Made by a program: the position numbers and the translations under genes
Assembly (NCBI GenBank): GCA_048213135.1
Contig: PS015163.1
Coordinates: 92,597 to 125,287 of the forward strand
Direction of reading: 5' to 3'
Length of the DNA stretch: 32,691 nt
Source: Reclinomonas americana ATCC 50394
Lineage: Eukaryota
Notes under the pieces: generated by a model
What the model was told of the DNA's origin: nothing
Databases searched by the model: none
The model's input: the letters and a program-made list of their open reading frames with translations, nothing else
Shown: positions 1 through 9,783 of the stretch, piece by piece
Layout: each line of letters starts with the position of its first letter
Numbering within the stretch: the first letter of the stretch is position 1

Positions 1-410
1 ATTCATCTTTTCTTCTTCTGCTGCTGATGCTGCTTGTGCTGCTGTTTCTCCATCTTCTCTCTCTCTGTCTCCCTCCCCTTTTTCAGTTCTTCTTCTTGTT
101 CTTCGTCTTCTTCTCCTTGTAGTTCTTCTCATTCTTCTTCTTCTTCTTCTTCTGCAGCTGCTGCGAGCAATGCTTCTTCTCAACTCTCTCTCCCTCTCTC
201 TCTCCCCCCTCTTCTGCTTCTATCCTCGCCTCTTCTTGTTCTTTTTGTTGTCGCTGTTGTTGGTGTCGTTATTCTTCTTCTTCTTCCTCCTTGTTGTCTT
301 CTCCTGCTTCTCATTCTTCTTGTTCTTTCTTCTGCTGCTGCTCCGTCTGTTCCTCCTTGTCCTCCTCCTCCTCCCATTCTTCTTCTTCTTGCTCTTCCGT
401 CTCACAGTCA
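1..410. repeat. Low-complexity (CTT/CT/CTG)n tract, intronic
   Basis: Runs of tct/ctt/cct/gct triplets downstream of the GTGAGT donor at 415 (-); the source of spurious poly-S/L/E ORFs. Confidence 0.8.
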
Positions 411-415
411 CTCAC

Positions 416-685
416 CCACTGAATCACTTGATCCCTGCGCAGTTCCTGCACATGCTCCGGTCGCTCACGCGTCACCGCCGTGTAGAAGTTCTCCAGCTCG
501 ACCTCGCCGTGCCCGCGAAACACCGCACAAGCAAGGTAGTTCCAGCTCTGAGAGACAGAGAGAGAGAGGAAGAGACAGAGTGAGTGAGAAAGGGATGACT
601 AAGTGCGCTTAATGTCGACTAGGCGACGCCTTAGGTGCCANNNNNNNNNNNNNNNNNNNNACGGACGGACCGTTACGGTTAGGTC

Positions 686-721
<36 letters not shown>

Positions 722-770
722 TGTGTGTGTGTGTGAGTGTGTGTGTGTGTGTGTGAGTGTGTGTGTGTGA

Positions 771-809
<39 letters not shown>

Positions 810-1080
810 AAAGAGTGTGTGTGAGAGAGAGAGAGAGAGTGATCCAGTGAGAGGGTGACGAGTGTACGTGTGGTGTGCAAGTACGTGAGTGACAGGCGAG
901 TGAGAGGATGCAGTGTGTGAGAGAGCGTGTCTGTGTGTGCTTGCAAGTCTCTCTCTCTCTCCTTGTCTCTTCTCTCACACACACCTGCACATACTGAGCG
1001 GCCTCTGCAAAGGGAACAACGGGCTCTGTTGGCTCAGGCGGCGGTTCATCCTTCTTCGCCGGTGGCTTCTTTGGCGGCAT
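416..1080 (-). CDS. 5' part of a multi-exon gene running off the left edge; tentatively SPAG17/PF6-like flagellar central-pair protein
   Basis: Exon 1080-985 (ATG...CAG|GT) and exon 547-416 (cag|...TGG|GTGAGT) join in phase 0 to give MPPKKPPAKKDEPPPEPTEPVVPFAEAAQYVQ-SWNYLACAVFRGHGEVELENFYTAVTRERPEHVQELRRDQVIQW. The resemblance to the SPAG17 N-terminus (AAQ[FY]..Q..W...A.V.G) is weak and from memory. A 20-N gap lies in intron 1. Confidence 0.45.
688..840. repeat. (GT)n/(GA)n microsatellite in intron
   Basis: Directly visible dinucleotide runs. Confidence 0.95.
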
Positions 1081-2099
1081 TGTTGATGTCAAAGACTTGC
1101 TGAAAACGGCCAAGCATGACAATGAGTCATTTGCAATTGTACATGTCCAAATGATAAGTCACGCGAAACGCCGCGAAAGAGAAAGTCAAAGAAACGGGGC
1201 ATCGACGTCTACCTGCTGGCGGTGTAGCTCCTTGTGATTCTGCACGACGTCTCTCTTGAACAGGTGATCAAGAATGGAGACCCATGGTCAGAGACTCATG
1301 CCACTGATGACCATACACCCCCTTGCGCATGCGTTGACGGCAATCCTTTTTTCGCTGCGCAGGCGTGGTTCATTGATGTGCATCGTCGCTGCTGCATACT
1401 GTCATCATCATTCCATCTATGAGCACTCTGGGATGGTTTGCCAACACCTCGTCGGGTGCCCTGGCCCACAACGGAGCGCACCCATTTGGCCACATGCCAG
1501 GGATTGCTGTGTACCATATCCGCGTCAGCGAGAGTGCCGTCAAGACTGATCATGAGAGCTGCGCGTGGACGTACAGTTTTTGCATTCAACTTGAACTACA
1601 TAAACACCCGGTGCCCCCTCCAATGGCACATAGCGCCGCGTAAGTACTGCGACAAACTTGGCACTCTCATCACACGGTGGTTGCCTCTCAGCTGACATAG
1701 TGTTGATTGGCCAGGGTTGTCTGGGACAAAGATCCAATGTTTATGTTTCAAGCGAGCTCCATTCTTTTTGGGGGTTTCTGCGAGGTATAGAATGAGACTC
1801 AACCTGTGTCAGTAACCCCCTCTGTAGGGCAGCGCGGTGGTAGTGATTCCTGTCTTTCTCTCCAACCTGCTACGTGCACATTCGAGCTGTTCAATGAAGA
1901 GCGATTGACTCTCTTGCAAGAACGGGTAGTGGCCAGGCGCCGCATGAATATTCTTGCCCTCAAACTCAGAGGACGATGCATGCACAGCTAGTGGCCAGCG
2001 GTCATGGGGTCTGTGGCTTCGAGAGCTGTAAGTGCTAAACCGGAGAAGTTTCACTCATCGGCTGCGATTCACAGCTCCTCAATCTCCACGCGCTGCGGC

Positions 2100-2930
2100 T
2101 CAGTTCAGCACAAACAAGCGGTAGCCGACAAAGTCGTCGTAGGTGTAGGTGGCGCGATCGAAGCCTGTGCCGCACAATGTCAGTCTCTTTGCGCGCGGAG
2201 AAAGGAAGGGGATTTGATTTTTTCCGCACCTGGATCATTGATGAGGAAGTTGCCATTGTCGTCCCAGCCGACCAGCAGCACAAAGTGACGGCCGTTCATC
2301 ACGTCTGCGGGCGGAGCGTGTTACACAAACGCCACACATCGTGAAGAAGGAGCAAGGAGCGCAACTGGCAATGACCACGGTGTGGCCGTCGCTCAAGTAC
2401 GCCTTGATCTGGTCGGGCGTCAGGCCGGTCTTGGTGAGAATCGGGCCTGGCAGTCACGCGCGTTACACAAGGTGTGGTGGCGGATGAAATGGAAGAGAGG
2501 GGGAGAGCGTGCATACCCTTCCACGTGATGCGTGCCGGGTTGATGTTCGGCACCACCGACTCCTCCAGGTCGTTGCCGGAGTCGTAGCCGCCGTGCGACT
2601 TGAGCCACGCATTCAGCGTGCCCGGGTTAGAGGGCTGGCCCGCAATGGTGATATTGTGGCCACCGAGGCTCATGGAGACGGAGCTCTGGTGGAGGGGAAA
2701 GGGAGGGAGGGATAGAGAGAGAATGAGGAGGAGAAGAAAGAAAGGAGAGGAGGAAAGAAAGAAAGAAGAAGAAAAACAAAACAACAACAACAAGAACAAG
2801 AACAACAACAAGATGAACGAGAAGAAGAAGAAGAAGGATGCGAGAAGAAGGAGGAGGATGTGGAGGAGGAGATCAAGGAGGAGGAGGAGGAGGAAGAGGA
2901 GGAAAAGAAGCAAGGAGAAGAAGAAGAAGA

Positions 2931-2978
<48 letters not shown>

Positions 2979-3462
2979 NNNNNNNNNNNNNNNNNNNNNN
3001 NNNNNNNNNNNNNNNNNNNNNNNNNNNNNNNNNNNNNNNNNNNNNNNNNNNNNNNNNNNNNNNNNNNNNNNNNNNNNNNNNNNNNNNNNNNNNNNNNNNN
3101 NNNNNNNNNNNNNNNNNNNNNNNNNNNNNNNNNNNNNNNNNNNNNNNNNNNNNNNNNNNNNNNNNNNNNNNNNNNNNNNNNNNNNNNNNNNNNNNNNNNN
3201 NNNNNNNNNNNNNNNNNNNNNNNNNNNNNNNNNNNNNNNNNNNNNNNNNNNNNNNNNNNNNNNNNNNNNNNNNNNNNNNNNNNNNNNNNNNNNNNNNNNN
3301 NNNNNNNNNNNNNNNNNNNNNNAACAAGACGAAGAAAGAGGAAGACCAACAACACAGGCACGAGCATGATGCAAGCATCCCTCTCTCTCAATCTCTCTCA
3401 CTCATTCCTCATCTCAATCACTCAGCAGCATGCGCACATTCTCATCCTTCCACACAGTCTCC

Positions 3463-3501
<39 letters not shown>

Positions 3502-3943
3502 TCTCTTCTTTTGTTCCGAACCATGAGGCATCCCACAGCGCACACAGTCTCCGTCTCAATCAAGTCCTTGCCCCTGCACACACACACACGCACACAAGAG
3601 AGAGAGAGTGAGAATGAGCACACACACACACACACACACACTCTCTCTCTCTCTCACGCACCAGCGCGAATCACACTGCTTATACAGCGGATACGCAAAC
3701 GGAGTAACACCATCAGGCGTGAACTCAGTCTGCACACGCACACACGCACACACGCACGCACACACACATACACACACACACACACACACGAATGAGTTTA
3801 TTATCAGACACACACAGAGAGAGTGCATTCTCTCATTGCTTGCACGCAACAGTCACATGTCGCAACAAGCGCGACTCTGTCAGTGAGGCCAGCAGTGCCA
3901 CACTCACAAGCAGAGAGATCAGCAGGAGAGCACTCGACTTCAT
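2100..3943 (-). CDS. Secreted peptidase C39-like (papain-fold, Peptidase_C39_2-type) protein, 7 exons
   Basis: Exons 3943-3851 (or -3857), 3729-3662, 3573-3522, 2685-2517, 2446-2366, 2304-2230 and 2164-2100 splice in frame. Signal peptide MKSSALLLISLLVSVALLASLTES, then YKQCDSRW, GCLMSSVSM (Cys), NPGTLNAWLKSHGGY, VIANVMNGRHFVLLVG (His), INDPGF (Asp), ending YRLFVLN*. Confidence 0.85.
2700..2978. repeat. Purine-rich (GAA/GAG/AAC)n and (GA)n tract in peptidase intron, ending at an assembly gap
   Basis: Directly visible; gap 2979-3322 follows. Confidence 0.9.
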
Positions 3944-4086
3944 GTCTCAGACAACAATAACGAGAGAATGACGGATTGGCAGCTCTTCGGAGGACATGAT
4001 TGCCCTTTCGATATTGATATGTGCTTGTGGCAAACCTATCTCCTGCATCATCCTCAAGTCGAATTCATCAAGTTTCACACATGACA

Positions 4087-4408
4087 GGCCTTTTCCCAGA
4101 CACAAGAATTCCATGCATCATTGTGCCATTCCTTCCCCCCCTTTCTGTTCTCAGACACAAGCAATCCATCCACCAGCACACGCCACGTGCTATTCCTTCC
4201 CCTTTTTCGGTTCTCACTTGAGGCACTTGGTACTTTGCAGCACTCACTGGCCCTTTCCCAAACATACATCATCGTGCCGTTCCTTTCCCCTTTCCTGTCC
4301 TCACTTGAGGCCCTTGATACTTCGTAGCTGGCCCTTCCCTCACACAAGCATTCCATTCACCAACACAGCGCCATTCCTTCCCCCTTTTCCGTCTCCCTCT
4401 CACTTGAG
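4087..4408. repeat. Degenerate ~90-100 bp tandem repeat (about 3.5 units) at the 3' end of the MFS gene
   Basis: Recurrent blocks g(t/c)gcc(a/g)ttcct..cccctt, ctcacttgag (4213, 4300, 4399) and ggcc(c/t)tt(t)ccc. Confidence 0.7.
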
Positions 4409-7400
4409 CAGGTGCGCCACATCGTCGACATTGACGCCGCGCGAATTCAGCAGCGACGACAACTGTGACCAGGTGATCGAGTCGGTGCCGTGCTGGTGGC
4501 GCGCCTCACGCATGAGGGCCTCCAGATCCTCCGGCTGCAGAACAGAGTGGTCGCGCAGTGTCGAGTGCACGTGCAGGAGCGACATGGATGAGGGAGCCGG
4601 CAGCGCCAGAGTGCTCATGGTGCGTGCGGCGCCGGGCGTGGCAGCCGCGGGAGTGGCGGTGGCGGTCGCGGTGGTGGGAATCAGCTCAAAGTGCTTCGGG
4701 TTCACCGGGCGCACGACGTACTGCGCGGCGAAAGCCAAGCTCATCAGACCCACCATGGTGTACCTGCGGACGACTGCGTGTGAGTTCCCTCTCCTTGTCA
4801 AACATAAAACCGCCTCGCCACGCAACATGGTGCTGTTGTAGAGGAACGGCGTCGGGTCGACCGTGCCGGGCGGCATGATTTCCACCAACTTTGACAGCGT
4901 CAGCGTCTTGGTTTCGATGAGATCCGACGCCTTCTCCACTGGCGCCAGGAACTTCTCTTGGAACTTGCTAGGGTCCACCTGGGGTGAGGAGGAGAAAAGA
5001 AAGAGAGAGAGAGGGAGATGCAGTGAGCTTGCGCACAGAAAGTACAATCGAGAAAGACAGAGGTTGGAGGAGCAAGAGAGAGCAACTGCGCAGTCGATAA
5101 GAGAATCCTCAACTCTCCTCTCTCCAGCGTCTGTTTCACGTATACATTTCTCTGTGTCCATTTCACTCTCTCACTCTCTCTGAATCCTCGATCCTCCTAC
5201 CACTCTCATTCACATCCGACATATCCTCTCTCTCCCTGAATCGATTTCCCTCCCATCTCGCGCGCGCCCTCTGTGAAAATTTGTACCTCACTTCTCCATT
5301 TTTGCAGCTCTCTCTCCTCACTCGATCGCTACTTCTGTGCACACTCTCACGCTTGCGCTCGTCAGTCTCTCACAGTGACGACTTTCAGTCTCCACCTCAC
5401 TCTCTCGCCACATATCCTCTACTGCATTTGTAATGCGCTGTTTTCTCTATCACTCTAGCACTCTCCCCTCCACTCTGTGCACACGAAAACACTTCTCGCT
5501 CCCTGCCTCTCCGACTCTCACAATTGCGCTCCTCAGCCCCGCCTCGCTCTCTTGCCTCCTTTCATCCTTGAACTTAAACCCTCTCCATCCGCTAGCTCTC
5601 TTTGCGTCTCACTCTCCCCTCCGCGCTCTTTTTCTTTCCACCTCTTCTCGCCACCTTCCTCTCCAACTCTCACACTTGCCTCAGCCCCCGCCTTCCTCTC
5701 TTGCCCCCTTTCGTCCTTGATCTTCATCTCTCTCCTTGCCTGCTCTCCCTCACTCTCCTTCACCACCTCTCTCTCCCTTCCGTCCACGCCACTCTCTCTC
5801 TCTCTCTCTCTCTCTCCCCCCCCCTACCCTCCTTCCCCTTCCCCGCTCCTTCTCACCTTGGTCAGCAAATCATCGATCGCCGCCTTCTCCGCCCCGCTGC
5901 GCTGCGTCAGCACCACAATGGGACCGGCGAGAGAGCCCGTGGTCGAGCCGAGCAGCATGCGTCCGTGATTGGCGCCCACATACTTGGCGCCAAACAACTC
6001 GGCCTCGTAGGCCGGCAGAATGGCGTAGGTGCCGCCCATGAACGAGACGGCGAGCCACGTCACTCCCACAAACGCATACAACATCACCGGCGACTTGCTC
6101 TCGATCACCGAACTCACAATGGTCGGTGTAACGAGGTACCTGGAGGGAGGAGGAGACAAGGCCAGGAAATAATGAGGCAGACGCCATGCTATAGCACAAA
6201 GAGCTCGCGCGCTCGAGGCGCAACAGAGGAATACTGCCGAGGGTGAACAGCGTAAAGGCCTTGCGCACGCCAAACTTGTCGGCGAATTGCGCCCACCCCA
6301 GACGACCGCCGAGGTTGCCGGAGGCCAGCACCAGCAAGAACGCAGAGGCGAAACCCGCGGTCACCAGCTCCGGCAGAGAGCGAGTGAAAATCTCACTCAT
6401 CACTGCCGCGACAAGCACTCATGAGAACTACACATAGTTACGAAGAAGCACTTCCTCATCCCATTCACTCACGTACCACTCTCTCACCCCTCTAAAGTCT
6501 TTCCCACTCTCTTCCCCCTCACTCCATCTCTCTGGAACGCAACTCGGCTTCGACACGCTCATCAGCGCCACACCGCCCGTGGCCATGCACGTGAATGTGG
6601 TGGCCAGCAGCCAAAACTGCGGCGTCTTCATCACCTGCGAAAAGTGCACATTGCCGGCGGTGGAACCGAGACCCGTCTTCGGAGCAACGTAGCCGGCCGG
6701 TGCGTAGCCCGGCGCCGGACGGCGCAGAGAAAATGCCGCGAGCAGCATGATGCACATGTACGTTGCGCCAATGATGCTCAGCGCTGCGGTGGCGCCGGTG
6801 TTGCCGCTGCCGACCACATACACGCCCTGCGTGGGGGAAGCACAGAGAGCGCGTGTGTGAGTGGAGACAGAGAGGGTGGGGAGAGCGCGGCGAGTCGTTA
6901 CCTCCTGCAGCAGCGAGCCTTGTGACAGGGTGGCCAGATCCATCGAATTGGCCACGACGACCTGCGCGCGGGAGGGTGAGGGAAGAAGAGAGGCATGAGA
7001 TGGCAACGCCACACAAGATGCTACGGACGACATGGTTCACTCAATCTCACGTTGTGCAGCGACGTCACCGACGATAGAAAGAGCAGTGCACTATCCACTG
7101 TATGACAGAAACAGAGTGCCTGCTCGTCGTGTCAAGTACAGAGAGCAACAAGCATCGCAAGGCCATCCTCACGCTCGAATGGGCGAGGGGCGAGACGTGA
7201 AAAGGCTGACAGAGAATTGCAGGGTTCCATTACCCAAATCTTTACGTGTGGCCAAGATCAGAAGAGACGTGCAAGACAGAAACAAAGAGCACGATAATCT
7301 CGCCGAGGACACAGAAAACAAGATGCTGCTGTCCCATATTCACGCTCGACGAAGCACACACGAGCGATGAAGAGCAGATGCAGCAGAAATCGCGATTGTC

Positions 7401-9249
7401 GCGATAATGACAGAAGCAGCAGGGTGTACAGCCGCGACATGCAAGACAGGAGAATGACACCGACATAACGGTACCAATGCCCCGTCCTAACGCTCGACAA
7501 AGCACCAATAACTTACGGAACCACCGTTTCCCGCCCCTTCCCCTCCCCTCCCCTCCCCTATCTCCCCCTTCTCCGCCCTTTCCCTTTTCTGCTCACCTCC
7601 TTGAGCGCATCACCAACATTGGCAAACAGCTTGCCATCCTTGGAGATCACCTCGACCGCGTCGGCCGGCCCGAGATACGTCGGCAGGCGGGAGAATTTCT
7701 TCATCAAGTACGAGACCGCGGGCGCAAAGAAGAGTGCACCAGAGCCGAATCCGGCAATGGTAATGCCTCCCGCCAGCGCACGACGATCGGGGAACCACTG
7801 GATGAGCGCCTGCACCGGCGGCGTGTATCCCAATCCCACGCCAGTACCGCCTGTGGTGGTGCGCGCAGTCAGTGAGTCAGCACGAGGAGAATGGATGGAA
7901 GGGCAACAATAAAATGAACGCAACCGAGCACTCCGTAGCCAAGATACACCAGCCACAGCTGGTGCGTGGCCACTCCAAGAGCCGACAGCATCACGCCGCC
8001 ACCAAAGCACAGCGCCGCCGTAACCATGGCCGCTCGCATGCCGACACGCGTTTGCCACTTGCCGCCGAGCGCAGCAGAAATGCCCTGCATGGCCAGCACC
8101 GTGGCCATCGGGTACGTGGCCTCGGCCAGCGACCAATCCGAGGCCGCTGGCGCCACAAAACCGTACTCACGTGACAAGGCACCCGACATGGCCGACCACG
8201 CATACACCGAGCCAATGCCTGCGATCGCACAGCGTACAGTGAGAAAACGGGAGGAAAGAAGGAAACAGACCGGCGCCGCAGCACCATAAACGGACAAGAT
8301 CTAGAGGGGAATCTGTATGCCAAGCAAAAACAAACGCAGGAAACTAACGAAATGGAATGGAGGACATGCCATGCACAAAACAGGAATCACAAGAGGCATG
8401 TAACAGCTCACCAAACTGAAATGATCACGACGCAACACGACAGACAGACAAGTGGCGTCGCATATGCAGATGTGCAGTCAGAAAACAGAAAGACAAGTGA
8501 ATGAAAGAAAGAGTGTGTGACTCTCGCAGTCGATATCTGCTGAGTGACAATGGATGAATACGAGAATGTAAGCGTGTGAGAGAGAGTGCGTATGAGTGTT
8601 TCTCACTCGCCTGCATGTCTGCACTCACAGGCACGTGAGAAACAGTGCGAGACAAGTGAGAAACAGTGTGTGTCTTGCTCCCATCTTCCCTTTCTCTTTC
8701 TCTTGATCATCTTTGCACTCACAGGCACGAGAGAAAGAGCGTGTTTGTCTCACTTTCTCTCCTCCCTCTCCCTCTCTCTCACGATCAGTCTTCTTCATGT
8801 CTGGAGAGCGCGTGTGTGTCTTGCTCCCTTCCCTTTCTCATGATCATCTTGCTCCTTCTCTGAACTCACATGCCCTTAAAAGAGAGTGCGTGTGTGCCTT
8901 GCTCCCTTCCTCTCTCACATACACACACAATCATTCTTCTGCTGCAGAAGAGAGCGCGAAACAGACAAGTCAATCAGTGCCACCTCTCCTCCCCTTTTCC
9001 TCCCCTTTCCCTCCCGCTTCTCCTTACGCAACACACATGACAGCCGAGCGCAGGCACCATCATCAACCAGCGATTCGTGAACGATGGCGATGCAACACCA
9101 GTGTCGGGGCCGGCCAATCGCTGCCACAGAGAAGACGTAGACGACGACTTGGCCTCAGTGGAGGCCAGTCGCGCGACCAGAGAGCCCTTGAGTGCTGCAT
9201 GGAGAGGCGAGGTGGTGGCGCGAAGAGAGCGCGACAGAGTCGACAGCAT
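4400..9249 (-). CDS. MFS transporter, oxalate/formate antiporter (OFA/YhjX-like) family, 9 exons
   Basis: Exons 9249-9033, 8218-7925, 7850-7597, 6961-6902, 6826-6544, 6402-6225, 6139-5857, 4978-4827 and 4763-4400 join in frame. Family motifs: NRWLMMVPALGCHVCIGSVYAWS, GVGLGYTPPVQALIQWFPDRRALAGGITIAGFGSG, KTPQFWLL, NLGGRLGWAQFADKFG, GGTYAILPAYEAELFG, DPTPFLYNSTMY, VRPVNPKHF. Confidence 0.9.
8590..8950. repeat. Degenerate intronic tandem repeat in MFS intron 1
   Basis: Recurrent gcactcacaggcacg.gagaaa (twice), gagag.gcg.gtg, tgtgtcttgctccc and tgatcatctt blocks. Confidence 0.6.
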
Positions 9250-9783
9250 CTGCGTGCTCGTCTCACGCACTGAATGGAGAGGAGACGAGGTGCGCGCTGA
9301 GCTGAACAAGACGCTGATTGTCGATGGGACAGTTCGCGAGCGGACTGCATCAGTTGCCGCCGACAACTTCACAAGCACAAACAGTGAACTGCATGTCAGC
9401 TTCTGTAGCAGATAACAGCGCGAGGTCATGCAGATTGAAAGAGCGCGAAGGGAGTGACGTTGCATAATCATAAGAAGAACTTCGAATTCGCGATCATGAA
9501 TTCATGATCAGGGACGATTGTGCACGTGTGTTGTATGATATGATGACATATGTTGTATTACAGGAATATGGAGGGTCCATATGGAGCATGAGGTGCTTTG
9601 TTGTGAAGGTCATTCGTCACGTTGTCAGAATGTGGTGAATGAAATGTTTGTTCTCTCGGAGCGCCTCACAAGTCTGCTGCCCCTCTGCAGGAGATCGTGG
9701 ACTGCCTCGACACTATCCTCGATGCTTTGCCTTCCAGTATCTCTGCAATGAATCGATCAGTCCCTGACAACGTACTCCTCCTT

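Noticed and set aside
599-690. Odd sequence flanking the 20-N gap (taggcgacgccttagg; acggacggaccgttacggttagg)
   Set aside because: It looks like low-quality contig-end sequence rather than a biological element.
34-982. Long ORFs rich in S/L/F/E/R or HT/CV repeats (also near 2600-3600, 5270-5830 and 23320-23810)
   Set aside because: They are translations of intronic microsatellites and low-complexity tracts, or run through N gaps.
1520-1560. ISLDGTLAD on the minus strand resembling HAD motif I or a DDE transposase motif
   Set aside because: It lacks the nucleophilic first Asp (DxDGT), no further HAD or DDE motifs follow, and the ORF is short.
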